NCBI RefSeq assembly: GCF_020745735.1
Contig: NC_083425.1
Span: 45,309,575-45,373,574 of the forward strand
DNA from: Hemiscyllium ocellatum
Taxonomy: Eukaryota
Length of the DNA: 64,000 nt
Direction of reading: 5' to 3'
Shown here: positions 37,301 through 51,200 of the stretch, piece after piece
Numbering within the stretch: the stretch's first letter is position 1
Layout: every line of letters starts with the position of its first letter
Position numbers and translations under genes: made by a program
Notes under the pieces: model-generated
Seen by the model: the letters and a program-made list of their open reading frames with translations, nothing else
The model's database searches: none
Told to the model about the DNA's origin: nothing

Positions 37301-39229
37301 TGGACCGTGACTTTTCAATAGTTAAGAGAATTAACCTGGGAACACCAATTGTTTATTTAACTGTGTCGCACCTAAATATGAGAGACTGTGCCTGATTATA
37401 TTGATTGTCTAGGAGATTCTAAAGCAAATCTAAACTGCCAGAGACAAATCTGAAACGATTCTACTGAGCACCATGAGCTAAGGTCTACATTAGTTACTAT
37501 TTGAGTTGAATCAAGTAGGTCAGACATGCAGGAAAATTTCCAACAAGTGAATTAATTGTGCAAAAGTCACCCCTATAGGAGTAATGTCATGTAAATTAAG
37601 TAAGGTTTAATCCATCTATTATCATTAATTACTTCTTTGGCTGGGATCAGTTTTCTTTTTTGGCTATTAAAAGGGCAGTGATGTGTATCTGGTAAAATAA
37701 GCTCGGGGTTGGGTTTCTGTTCCTTGGTGCATTGCACAGACTTTAATCATCATCAAGAATAAAGGTAACTAAGGCACAATAAAATGAAACACTGTCTAGG
37801 ATCGTTTCACTGGATATGGGCCACTGTGTTTGATTAACATGCAATCGTCTGACTGAGAAGCTTAGTGCAACCAGCTAAGTTTAGGTGATGTAGGATAAAA
37901 ACTTTAATGCTTGCTTTTCTTGAGTATGTGCCTACTTGAAAACCAAGAGCCATGTTGGTCTCTGGTTTTAAGAAAATTGGCAGGTCCTCAGGCAGGTGAT
38001 CAGACTTTAATGTGTTTGCCCTTGTATTACACTAGCTACCCTCTCAATTGCAGGGAGGGGTAGTCACAGGAACGTGGAGAATCAAACAGAATCACAGTTG
38101 AGCTTGATTTTCCCTTCCTATCCCTCTGGAGATCTTGATAAATGGCAAGTGTAAGATGCAGGAACATTTACCTTCCTCATTACCCCGCCTTATCCCCCAC
38201 ATTGCAGTTTTTACATTCATTTTAAAAGTTAGTACTTTGTAACAAGTGTGTTAATTGCTCGTTACAGAAGGAATAGTTGTGGATAACTAACAGAGTTTAC
38301 AGATAGTTGTAGACTGGATTTGCTAGTTAGTGGCCATATTAGATCCCCATCTCCCTGTCACTCATCGAATGACATCAAAGGTGCTGGCATTTCTGAAGTG
38401 CCACCTCAAATTTTTCTTTCTTCAGCAGCAGCACTTCCTGTTCCTCAGAGATGTCAGTGACCAAAACCAAAATGGCCAGAAAGAGCAAGCAGGCAGGCCA
38501 CATGCTGGACTTCAATTTCAGTGTGACTGGACAGTACAGACCAGGAGCCCACAGAGTATGTTGAACACATGGCCTCTCATTAGCCTGGCCAAGTCTCTGG
38601 TCCAGCCAGGGACCAGTCTGACGCCACTGGATTACAGAGATCTGCATATCTAACACAAAGATATGAACATATTCTGGCAACATTTCTTTTGGACTGTGGC
38701 TTTTCAATAGTTAAGAGAATTAACCTGGGAACACGATTGTTTATTTAACTGTGTCGCACCTAAATATGAGAGACTGTGCCTGATTATATTGATTGTCTAG
38801 GATATTCTAATGTAAATCTGAACTGCCAGGGACAAATCTGAAACGATTCTACTGAGCACCATGAGCTAAGGTCTACATTAGTTACTATTTGAGTTGAATC
38901 AAGGAGGTCAGACATGCAGGAAAATTTCCAACAAGTGAATTAACTGTGCAAAAGTCACCCCTATAGGAGTAATGTCATGTAAATTAAGTAAGGTTTAATC
39001 TATCTATTATCATTAATTACTTCTTTGGCTGGGATCAGTTTTCTTTTTTGGCTATTAAAAGGGCAATGATGTGTATCTGGTAAAATAAGCTCAGGGTTGG
39101 GTTTCTGTTCCTTGGAGCATTGCACAGACTTTAATCATCATCAAGAATAAAGGTAACTAAAGCACAATAAAATGAAACACTGTCTAGGATCGTTTCACTG
39201 GATATAGGCCACTGTGTTTGATTGACATG
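37301..39229. repeat. Pair of ~540-bp near-identical direct repeats (37301-37841 and 38690-39229)
   Basis: Colinear match with only scattered substitutions; ~850-bp unique spacer. Confidence 0.9.
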
Positions 39230-39884
39230 TTCAGCACTTTACTGGAACAGAAAAACAGTATTGACTGTCTCACATTGGTATGTGAACAATTGGGAGCCAT
39301 TACAGAAATCTTAAATATGGGATTATTCCTCTGTAGTCAACGTTATCAGTATTTGGGCTTTCTTTACAGAACCTACCAGTTTTGTTGGCAAATTTGGCTG
39401 AAAGTAAACAATCGAATTTGAAAATTTAAGTTTTAGATCGTAAAATTGCCAGAAAGTTCATCGAATGAGAATTACAATTTTTTTTTCTGCTTTTGAATAT
39501 AGTGGCTCAGATTGCATGTTTTTTTGTAGCGCTCAGTGTTATTATGGAGTAAATCAGACCGTGGCTTCCAGACAGCATTCATGCTCCCACACCACTCCCG
39601 GGACACAATCATATTCTCTGCTATTGCCTGTCAGCCAGACCGGACCACTGTAGCCCAGGTTATGGTAATGCATTCGGAAGCTTCCAGCCCAGTGTTGCTC
39701 AACAATATCCTTCATCTGGACTCTCCTCAATGAAGATCAACAATATGAGCTGCCTTATAGTGCCAGGAACCCAAATTTGATTCCACTGTTGGGTGACTGT
39801 GTGTAGTTTGCACGTTCTCCCCATGTCTGCATGGGCTTCCTCCTGGTGCTCTGGTTTCCTCCCACAGACCAAAGATGTATTGTT

Positions 39885-40519
39885 TGTTATGGACTATACC
39901 AGACCACACAAAACATTCTTAAGCAGACAACCCAGACCATAACTTTGCAATTTGTTTTAGTAAGTATACAGTGAAAATTACCCAGAGTAAGTTAGCTAGA
40001 TTGACTACCAGATTTTAAAACAGACAAAAATTTATTCACAAAAGTATGGAATGAAACACAAAGAACACAATATAGAATACCCACAGAACTCAGTCTATTC
40101 AAACTAGACTTAATTATGCTGTTTCAAATATACACAACAGTCCCAATAGACAAACCCCTTAAAATAGAGTAAAACTGAAACAGAGGCTTACATGTCGAAG
40201 GTAGAAGGGCAGAAGGAGAGAGAGATTAGCATCCCATTTCTACATAGTCCAGTACTGAACTGACTCACAACAAGAATTCAGCTTTTAGGACTGACCACTC
40301 CCCTTTAATTATACAGGTCACTTCTAAAACATGAAAGTTGTGGCCTAAAGTCTTATCTGTTTACATATAAACAAAATGGCCTCCCAATATCTTTTTCATC
40401 TCTGTACCAACCCAGCCAATTCGGAGCCTGACAGTTTTACAACCCCTCTGGGAAAAATCCAGGACACAGTATCCTTGAGAAAAGGAACAACTGTTAGGAA
40501 AAGGACCAACGTTGTGACA
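39885..40519 (-). mobile_element. Solo LTR (635 bp) inserted in a V-SINE
   Basis: TGTTA...TGACA termini, 4-bp flanks tgtt/tatt, homologous to 59666-60302. Splits a V-SINE (~39745-40710). Minus-strand AATAAA at 40031-40036. Confidence 0.8.
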
Positions 40520-41674
40520 TATTTAGGTGCATTGATCATGCTGAAATTGTCCATAGTGTTAAGGGAGGTGCAGGCTAGTTGGGTTAGCTATGGTAAATGT
40601 GGGGTTAAGAGATATGGTAGGGGGCTGGGTCTGGGTGGAATGATCTTCAGAGGGTGGGTGTGGACTCAATGGGCCAAATGGCCTGCACAGGAGAGATTCT
40701 ACCATTCAACAAAATATCTGCCAACTATTCTACAGCTGTTGAGTCATTCCTCATGAGACAAATGCACATGGAAAGGGACTAAGGGAATGCACAGGAGTAA
40801 TTATTTTTGTACGCTTTATGTCATGATAAATTTAAGAAATTGGATTAGGTTGTGCATTTTCCATTGGTTCCCATTCTTGTGTTGTTGGAAAGAGGACATC
40901 TAATAGTAGATGATAGAGGAAAAGTAAGCAGTTTAAGTGAATGGGAAGGTATTGCTCATCAATTACTTAGTCACATAAAGCCTAGGCAGAAAAGATCTGT
41001 TGTATCTTCTATTCCTCTTCCTTGTTCCTCCATTTCCTTCAATTCCAGTTGCACTATTTTATCCTCTTCCCTTGTTGGTCCTACTGCTCAGAATCCTGTG
41101 TGTGAGCTAAGAACAAATATTACCCCCCCTTCTAGTGGTCAGTTTGTGCAGCACACTACAAATATCCATATGCACAAAAGACACCATCACAGATCTTGCT
41201 GCCCAGTCAGCTGAGAGCCACAGAGTTCTTCCACAGAAATCCAAGCACCAGAAGCATTTCATGAGCTCAATAATGTGACAGCACTCTTCTCGTTGTAAAT
41301 CACATTGTGTGTGAATTTGGCGCCAAAGTCACAAGCCACATGATGAGTAGATAATCCTTGTCACTCAGCAACCAGCTGTTGACCTATCATGACTGAAAAC
41401 AACAAATGCTGGAGATCACAGCAGGTCAGACAGTATCCATGGAGAGAGAAAGCTACCGTTTTGACTCTAGATGACTCTTCAGAGCTAAAGTGAAGTGTGG
41501 AGGATGGGGAGTGAATGAGGGTGGTGGGGTCTAGAGTGCTGGGGGAGAAAAGATGTTGATAGTTCAAATTAAGTGATTGGAATGTGATTTAATATGGGGC
41601 AGGGTGGGCTCAAATTCAGCCACAGAATGAAAGGCTCATAACCGCTGCCAAATTACTAGAAATTCACTCACAAG

Positions 41675-43402
41675 GCAGCCTTTGTGTGGAGCCACAGAAA
41701 ATGGGGGAGATTCTAAATGAATATTTTGCATCAGTATTTACTGTGGAAAAGGATATGGAAGATATAGACTGTAGGGAAATAGACGGTGGCATCTTGTAAA
41801 ATTTCCAGATTACAGAGGAGGAAGTGCTATGGATAAATCCCCAGGACCTGATCAGGTGTACCCGAGAACTCTGTGGGAAGCTAGAGAAGTGATTGCTGGG
41901 CCTCTTGCTGAGATATTTGTATCATTGATAGTCACAGGTGAGGTGCCGGAAGACTGGAGGTTGGCAAACGTGGTGCCACTGTTTAAGAAGGGTGGTAAGG
42001 ACAAGCCAGGGAACTATAGACCGGTGAGCCTGACCTTGGTGGTGGGCAAGTTGTTGGAGGGAATCCTGAGGGACAGGATGTACATATATTTGGAAAGGCA
42101 AGGACTGATTCTGGATAGTCAACACGACTTTGTGCATGGGAAATCATGTCTCACAAACTTGATTGAGTTTTTTGAAGAAGTAACAAAGAAGATTGATGAG
42201 AGCAGAGCAGTAGATGTGATCTATATTGACTTCAGTAAGGTGTTCGACAAGGTTCCCCATGGGAGACTGATTAGCAAGGTTAGATCTCATGGAATACAGG
42301 GAGAACTAGCCATTTGGATACAGAACTGGCTCAAAGGTAGAAGACAGAGGGTGGTGGTGGAGGGTTGTTTTTCAGACTGGAGGCCTGTGACCAGTGGAGT
42401 GCCGCAAGGATCTGTGCTGGGTCCTCTACTTTTCATCATTTACATAAATGATTTGGATGCGCGCATAAGAGATACAGTTAGTACATTTGCAGATGACACC
42501 AAAATTGGAGGTGTAGTGGACAGCGAAGAGGGTCACCTCAGATTACAACAGGATCTTGACCAGATGGGCCAATGGGCTGAGAAGTGGCAGATGGAGTTTA
42601 ATTCAGATAAATGTGAGGTGCTGCATTTTGGGAAAACAAATCTTAGCAGGACTTATACACTTAATGGTAAAGTCCTAGGGAGTGTTGCTGAACAAAGAGA
42701 CCTTGGAGTGCAGGTTCATAGCTCCTTCAAAGTGAAGTCACAGTTAGATAGGATAGTGAAGGAGGCATTTAGTTTGCTTTCCTTTATTGGTCAGAGTATT
42801 GAGTACAGGAGTTGGGAGGTTATGTTGCAGCTGTACAGGACATTGGTTAGGCTACTATTGGAATATTGCTTGCAATTCTGGTCTCCTTCCTATCAGAAAG
42901 ATATTGTGAAACTTGAAAGGGTTCAGAAAAGATTTACAAGGATGTTGCCAGGGTTGGAGGATCTGAGCTATAGGGAGAGGCTGAACAGGCTGGGGTTGAT
43001 TTCCCTGGAGCGTTGGAGGCTGAGGGGTGACCGTATAGAGGTTTACAAAATTATGAGGGGCAGGGATAGGATAAATAGACAAAATCTTTTCCCTGGGGTC
43101 GGGGAGTCCAGAACTAGAGGACATAGGTTTAAGGTGAGAGGGGAAAGATATAAAAGAGACCTAAGGGGCAACTTTTTCACGCAGAGGGTGGTACGTGTAT
43201 GGAATGAGCTGCCAGAGGATGTGGTGGAGGCTGGTACAATTGCAACATTTAAGAGGCATTTGGATGGGTATATGAATAGGAAGGTTTAGAGGGATATGGG
43301 CCGGGTGCTGGCAGGTGGGACTAGATTGGGTTGGATATCTGGTCGGCATGGATGGGTTGGAACGAAGGGTCTGTTTCCATGCTGTACATCTCTATGACTC
43401 TA
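41675..43402 (+). mobile_element. 5'-truncated CR1 LINE (HER1-like) with an open 486-aa RT frame (41829-43289)
   Basis: KSPGPD, NYRPVSLT, DFSKVFDKVPH, GVPQGSVLGP, FADD, then 3' UTR ending 'ctctatgactcta'. Endonuclease absent; stop and frameshift upstream. Confidence 0.95.
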
Positions 43403-45893
43403 AGAGCTGCACATCGAGGGATTTGAATCCTTTTGGTTCAGGCCAGTGACAGAGTTCATATAAGACTTGTACAAAAAAACTAACATGTTGCAGCCTGCTT
43501 GTCTGAGGCAAGAGGAAATGAGCTGAAGCTGCCTTTCTTTGTACAGAGAGCCTCAGTGACTTCCACCCTGCAACCCCCCACCATACCTTCCTCCACATGC
43601 AGTAGTACAAGATATCGTTCATATCTCTAGCATCAGTCTGTAGGGAGTCAGGCACATTAAAGTGAGAGCCAGTTTTGCATTAACAGTCACATGTAATGCT
43701 GACTCTGTCCTACAACAAAAGTGCAGGTGTGGTAGTAACAGTTGGTAGATTTCAGAAATGATCTCTTTAGTGAAACATTGGTGCCACATGTAAGGTGACT
43801 CTGAAATTAAGAAAATTGCTCAATTAAAAATCCCCAGATGAGACTTCTTGCATTGAGCTGTTCCTCCTTCTCACTCTTCTAACAGTGTAACCTCTTTTTA
43901 TTCTTGCTGTCAATTCCAGGAGAGGTCTATTCAGTCACTCAGGCCTGGAGCAATGTCTTTCAGCCAATCGTTCAAGTCACCAATAGATAGTTCAGCACCA
44001 GCCAACCACTTGCTGAAGGCTGTTGAAACGTAAAAGTGTAGGAAAGCTGAATAAATGTATACAATTGCACCAACATCCAGAGGAAATAATCAACCTATAT
44101 GTAATTCATGGTCCCTCCTAAGTTGTGCTGGTGCTGAATCCTTCAAATTATTTAACATTGTATTGAACTATCTATGGATAAGAGAAGATACAAGTTGGAT
44201 TGTGGCATTAGAAAGTGATCACAGTGGCATCGGCATTGTGCACAGATTAATATCTTACAATCATAGAGTCATACAGCATGGAAATAGACCCTTTGGTCCA
44301 ACTAGAGCATGCCGACCATGTTTCCAAACTAACATTGTTAGCTGTGTAAGTACACACCTATTACCACGAGGATATCAGGCCTACCTCATGTCAGAAACAT
44401 AGAAAATAGGAGTCGGCCATCCAGGCCTTCAATCCTGCTATATTCAGCAGTGTATGTATGCACCACAGATGCTAGTCTGGAATCTTAAGGGGTTTTGTAG
44501 CACACATAAGAACATAAGCACTCGGAGCAGGAGTAGACCGTCTGGCCCTTCGAGCCTGCTCTGGCTGATCTTTTCATGGACTCAGATCCACTTACCCACC
44601 CTCTCACTGTATGTCTTAATTCCTTTATTGCAAACACTAAGGTAAATACTGCGGAGAAAATGTTTAGCCCCACTGGCGTGTCTGATTGGTGGGAGGGTGA
44701 CACTGTTACTTGTTTTTTTATTGCATGTGTCACAGATCATCTGTGGGCGGAGTGGGTGTGAGGAGAAGGGGAAGTGTAGTGGGAGAGCCACTAAATGAAG
44801 ATACCTGAATGCTGTAAAGTACCACTCATTTATCCACAAACTCTGTAGACTGCTATCAATAGCGTGAATGATCGATGCTGTCTTTTATTGTAACCCATAT
44901 CTGCAATCTTACAGCAAGACAGGGAGACAATTACCTGTAATTGTTGAACCGGAACTGGCTTTACCTTTAAAGTGCCTGAGTCCTTTCAGATTGCTGCTGG
45001 ATATATAAGTGACAATTACAGTCTGTCATGCACTACCAAATAAGGGAGGTCACTGCGCCTCTTGATACAAAATATGGCAGCTTCATCTCACATTTTTAGT
45101 TCTAAAGTCCTCGCCAAAATTGCTTCATCTCATCAAAACAGGAGAATAAAATCATGGAGTCTCATTGGGGTGATATCCAATGTTAACTATGCATCTACCT
45201 TAGTGAAAAATCATTTTTGAACTGTGGTAAGGACCCTGTATAAGTCTGGCTGCCCAATAAGGCACATAGAATGAGAACTGTGCTTTAAGGATCACTGCCA
45301 TGAGCTTTTTGGATACCTCAGTGGTGCTGCAGCGAATCTAGTCTCCCAACAGTTGGTCACGGTTCTTGACATGTTGGGAGATGTCAGTTCCTTTAATGCA
45401 GCTGCTGACCTGAGAGGAGATGGAGAACAAGGAAAGGGGTCATCTCATCCCCTTGTAATTCCCTGGCCTCAGCACATTCCAGTGGCAAGAGAGAGGGGAC
45501 TCACAGTGCCTAGACTGAGACATATATATCTCTGAGTGATATATCCTCGATGGAAAGATAATTCTTCTTGGCAATGAGGAAATATGTCATTAAAAACTAC
45601 CACAAATAAACTGTGGTGTCAGAGTTAAAAGTGGCAGTTTACTTATTGCAGGAACCTTGACACTTGCTGAAGTCTCTTGGGAGGGAAAAAGTTTGCTTCT
45701 TTCGATAAATGATTGCCTCTTCAGCCACATGAAGGCTAATTAGAAACAGTGCAAAACCTTTTTTTAATGCAAAATTTGAACATGTTTAATTTGACTGGGT
45801 AAGATTGCTATATGTTAGCCAGGTTTAGTTATTTACTGAACACCTCATTTGCATTCAGCCTGGTCTAGAATGTATTAATGAACTGGAATATTC

Positions 45894-45985
45894 TGTGGAT
45901 CACTGGATCTGAAACATTACCTCTGCTTTGTCTCCACAGATGCTGCCATAGGTACTGAGTTTTTCCAGCCATTCCCGTTTTTGTT
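45894..45985 (+). mobile_element. Short PLE-derived fragment with a 10-bp TSD
   Basis: TGGAATATTC at 45884-45893 and 45986-45995; body matches the right arm of 10558-10777. Confidence 0.6.
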
Positions 45986-46592
45986 TGGAATATTCAATTA
46001 TCTGCCAATTGTTGAACTGATGGAGAATGAATAAACAGCTGACAACTTGGAATTCCCCATCAGCACAAAGTTTCATTGATTAATAATTGCAATTAAATAA
46101 TTGTCTTTTATTTGCAATTATATTAAAATGGACTTGGTTCACTTGGAATTCTCAGTGTACATGTAACACCACAGGTTTACATCTAATCGCAAGTGTATGA
46201 GGAACCCAGAAATCACAACTGAGAGGTAGCTGAATGGAGTGAATTTCTAAAGCAAATTCCCTTAATAATGTCTACAAGTAGCCGCATGCTTTTACATGGC
46301 TATGGGGAAAGGATGGAGAGTGGGCTACTTTAGTTAACTATTTCAAAGCGACAGCAAAAACGTTCAGCACTAATTATCGTCCTTCTTTACTGCAACTTTC
46401 TATGATTCTATGGCCACAAAATTTATTATGACTCAAAAACAGGCACAGGAACAGGTTATCCCATGCCTGTTACTTCAGACACAAACAGTACAGACGATAA
46501 GCAATTGCAGAAGAAGTAGATCAAATTGCCCTTTGAGCCACTATTTAATACAATTGTCTGCTTCAAATAGACTTGTCCACTGTTTCTATAAC

Positions 46593-46778
46593 AGGTCAGG
46601 CAGCATCCAAGAGCAGGAGAATCGACGTTTCAGGCATAAGCGTTTCGGGATTCCTGAAGAAGGGTTTATGCCCGAAACGTCGATTCTCCTGCTCCTTGGA
46701 TGCTGCCTGACCTGCTGCGCTTTTCCAGCAACACATTTTTCAGCTCTGATCTCCAGCATTTGCAGTCCTCACTTTCTC
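46593..46778 (+). mobile_element. Partially palindromic PLE-derived element with a hammerhead motif and a perfect 16-bp TSD
   Basis: ATTC-CTGAAGA-A-GGGT(TTAT)GCCC-GAAACGTC-GATT at 46650-46685; inverted 5' arm; CCACTGTTTCTATAAC at 46577-46592 and 46779-46794. Confidence 0.85.
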
Positions 46779-47619
46779 CCACTGTTTCTATAACCCTTGA
46801 TTCCCAAAGTTCCACATCAGAGCATTCACAGTGCTCTGCGGTAGAAATTTCCAAACATTCACAAGACAATTCCCATCTCGGGCCAAGATAATCAACACCT
46901 TGTCCTGAAGAAGGGATCTAGTTCCCCAGCCAAGGGACACAACCTCTCAGTATCCACCCAGAGAGGCCTTTTCAGAATTTTGTATGTTTAATGAGATTAT
47001 CTCCCTTTTTTCTAAACACTGGCTGTGAATAGGCGTACTTCACTCACCTCCCAGGAAGCAATCTACTGAAACTTTGCTGCAGTGTTTAAATAATCATGGC
47101 ACGCAGACAGCACAATGGTGGCTTTTGAGTGGCTGTATGCCTGAACAGGGGCCTTCAAACTTTGAGAGGCTGGCACAAGTCTGAGCTGACCTACACGACT
47201 TAACATCAGCTTGAACCTTGTAAAGGGAGAAGATCATTTGTCTGGATCAGGTGCTGGCATGCATTCTAAAGCAGGAAAGACACAGGAAAGCACACTGGGC
47301 CGAAAATAAATTTCAAGATTATCAGATGCTGCACTTTCAAGGTGCAAAAGAGGATCAATGGCATCTATCCTGTTATGACCAGGTGATGAGGTTTGAATGG
47401 CTACGGTTTTTATTTTCATCTCTGTCTTACCGCAAGTTTTGTTCAAGAAAAGTATATATTTGCCAGTTCAGTGAGTAGTTAACTAGGTATGTACTGTTAT
47501 GATTGAAGCCAATGAGTGGAAGCCATGCGACCTCATCTACTGAGCCACAGAGCACACGAACTCAGTGGAAAAGAACTATAACTTGAGTACTTTGAAGGCA
47601 TTTTCTGCACTTTCGTACC

Positions 47620-48252
47620 AAGCATACACACACGCAAACATCCACTCTCTCATGCTCACACGTACACACTCACATGCACACACTCATTCTCTCTCTCTCT
47701 CATGGACATATATACACAAATAAATATATGGGGTGAATTTGCATTTGCAGAATTATTATTGCAGATACATTGTATTTTGCTCAAAAAGTGCACCATCACT
47801 AGGCAGTCAATGCATGTAACATTTTATAAATTCCTACTTTGGAAATATAACCAGTCTGACTCAAGATTGAGATATAGACACACTCTAACCTCATACCTTT
47901 AAAGCATTGTCTGAGCTGAGATGTCACCGTTTTTATGTAAAACCATAAGCTATCTTGAGAATGTGACTTAAAAGCTCTGGGATTTAAATATTAATGAATC
48001 AAAACAACCCATTCTCAAAGATGAAAAACAAACTAGGTTTGTTCAATATATCATTTCAGTAGCATGACACTGTAATCTTTTGCTATAAATTCTGTCCTCT
48101 GATCCTCTTCCAAAGTTACCTGATGAAGGAGCAGCACTCTGAAAGCTAGTGCTACCAAACAAACCTGTAGTCATGGGGTTGGACTATAACCTGGCGTTGT
48201 GTGATTTTTAACTTTGTCTACCCCAGTCCAACACTGGCAGCTTTACATCATA
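47620..48252 (+). mobile_element. 3' end of a second putative Penelope family, with a hammerhead motif at 48117-48151
   Basis: TAC-CTGATGA-A-GGAG(CAGCA)CTCT-GAAAGCTA-GTG, then the tail 'gttggactataacctgg.gttgtgtgatttttaactttg'. A truncated inverse copy lies at ~54150-54258. Confidence 0.65.
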
Positions 48253-48254
48253 GA

Positions 48255-51200
48255 TTTAAAACAAAAATTTAATGAGAAAATTTCTCTTTGCAAAATTATA
48301 AAATTACAAAATTACAAAATATATAACAATCTAAAAGTATAACAACATTTACAATGAACTAACTGTGACCCTACTCTACAAATCAAATCAAAACTACACT
48401 TACTACAAATCAACAAATAGTTAAATAAGTTACACCACTCCACAGCAACCCCACCACAGCACCCAACCTCCAGGAGCATTAGTTATAATACCTGTATTTA
48501 TTTGGGATTGTCCCTCTCAGAGCACATGACTCACCAAACCTAATTATCATATCTAAACAAAAGCCCTAATTAATATGGCTGACTATTCTGCTTTGAGGGA
48601 GTTCAAAACTGGCTGCCATGTCTTATGGAAAAGTTCAGTTTTCTGATGCACCATGTTTGTTAGGAAATCCAGGGGGATGTATTCCATAACTAATCTATGC
48701 TATTCCAGCAGGCCCAGAGGATTCTCAGAATCCCAGCTGATCAAAATGTTCTGTCTGTACCATGTAGCATTCTGCTCTCTGCATCATATCTCTAAGGGTT
48801 GATGAAAAATATGGTCCTTTTTTTTGGATAAAGTCCCTAACCTGAAAGTAGTGAAAGAGGTTTCTGCTGGGCAATCTATACTTGTGACTCATTTGAGTGA
48901 AGGACATCATGACCTCCCCCTCAAACAGGACTCCCAGACAGGACATTCCCCTGGATGCCCATGGTTTAAATCCAGAGTCCACCAACCCTGGCCAGAATCC
49001 TGGCATTCCAACTATGGGAGTGAGAAAGGACGTTTTAGGTAAAATGCCTTCGGTCTTTCACATCGCTCTCCATGCTTTGACTGTACTAATGATGACTGGA
49101 TTCCAACAGTCTCCATGACTGTCCTCATCTTATCCATTAACAACCGATTAATAAGGGGGTACTTTGCTTGGAAGGCCTTGATAGCCAATCATGTTGACCT
49201 CGGATCCTCACAAGACCAGTCATTCACAATTGATCAAAGGGAGCTTATTAAATATCTTTCAATATCTAGAAAGTCTACCCCCTCCATCCTCTAGGGTAAT
49301 TGCCATTTGGCAAGCTTAATGAGAGGCCATCTGTGATGCCAAATAAAATAATCGAGCCAGCCATTGACTCTCCGCAATGTTTGCCTGGACAACATCAGAG
49401 GGAGCATTCATATGGGGTGTAGCAACAAGGAAGAACATTCATTTTGATGAGGGCTACTTGACCTAACCAAGATATTGGAAGGGTCCCCCATCATTGAAGA
49501 TCTTGTCTTATCTTGTCAAGCAAGTGCTCAAAATTAACCTTATATACCTGGTGACAGGTAGAAGTAACAAAAATGCTAAGGTAAAGAAAACCTCCCTGCA
49601 ACCACTTGAAGGGGGATCACAATTCACCCTCAATATCAGGTATTCCCTCAAAACCATCCGGGCACAGCTTCTAACTTTGCAAAATTGATCTTATATCCCA
49701 AGAAAGTCATAGAGAATCATAGACATGTTCAGCACGGAAACAGACCCTTCAGTGCAACTCATCCATGCTGACCAGATATCCCAGCCCAACCTAGTCCCAC
49801 CTGCCAGCACCCGGCCCATATCCCTCCAAACCCTTCCTATCCATATACCCATTCAGATGTGTTTTAAATGTTGCAATTGTACTAGCCTCCACCATTTCCT
49901 CCTGCAGCTCATTCCATACACATACCACCCTCTGCGTGAAAACGTTGCCCCTTAGGTCCCTTTTAAATTTTTTCCCTCTCACCCTAAACCAATGCCCTCT
50001 AGTTCTAGACTCCCCGACCCCAGGGAAAAGACTTTGTCTATTTACCCTATCCAAATATATTAATACATTGTGTTAAATGGGACACAGAGACGGGTTTGAT
50101 AAGAAGAGGAGAACATCATCTGCGTATAATGTGATCAGGTGCGCCCTTGATTCCACCTTGAGGGCAACTATGTTGGGGTCCTTCTGGATAGCCTCTGCCA
50201 GCAGTCAATCACCTGCATAAACAATAGCGGTGAAAGGGGACAACCTTGTCAGCTGCCCCTATCGACACTAAAAATGACTGGATCTTGCACCACTGGTGAG
50301 AACGGCTGTCGTAGGATCACTATACAGGACCTCCACCCACCTGGCAAAGACCCCACCGAAACTGAACCGTTCCAAAGTGTAAAATAGATATTGCCACTCC
50401 ACCCTGTCGAATGCCTTCTCTATGTCTCAGGAAACCACCAAGCCCCGAACCGATCGCTGTTGACACACTTGGACCATATTCAGTAGTCTTCTAATATAAT
50501 TGGAAGGTCTATGGCCCTTTATAAAACCTGCCTGGTCCTCCTTTACAATAAAGGGCAACACCTTCTCCAATCTCAACGCAAGTGTCTTGGATAAAATTTT
50601 AAATTTTGAATTCAACAGCGAAATGGGCTTATACAAGGCACAGTCATCTAAGGTCTTCCCTTTCTTAAGAATGAGGGAGATATTGGTCTCTCTCAGGGAG
50701 GGCAGGAGGCAGTCCTGACTGTATGAATAATTGTACATGGCCAGCATTGGCCCTGACAGGATATTTATACATTCTTCACAGAATTCACTCAGAGACCATC
50801 AGGGCCGGGCACCTTCCCACTTTGGTGGTGTTTTACTGCCTCCTGTATCTCTTGCACTGTCAAGGGAGCATTAAGAAGAGATGCCAGTACTGAGGTTACA
50901 CCTGGGAGGTCTAGGTTCTTCAAAAAGGACTCCATCTTAACCAGCCTATCCTCACAGCCCTCCGACCGATATAGTTCAGAGTAAAATTTCTGAAATGCTG
51001 CATTAATCCTTTTAGAGTCACAAGTAAGAATCCCAGTGTCCTCTCTGATTGATGCAATGGATTGGGGAGCACTCTTTTTCCTAGTCAGATATCAGGTATT
51101 TTGCTGTGCTCAAATAGCCTTTGTTTCGCAAAAGAGAGTTCTTTCTTCACAGTCTGAGTGAGCACAAAGTTTAAAGTAGCCCGGAGAGTTATGTTTCGCT

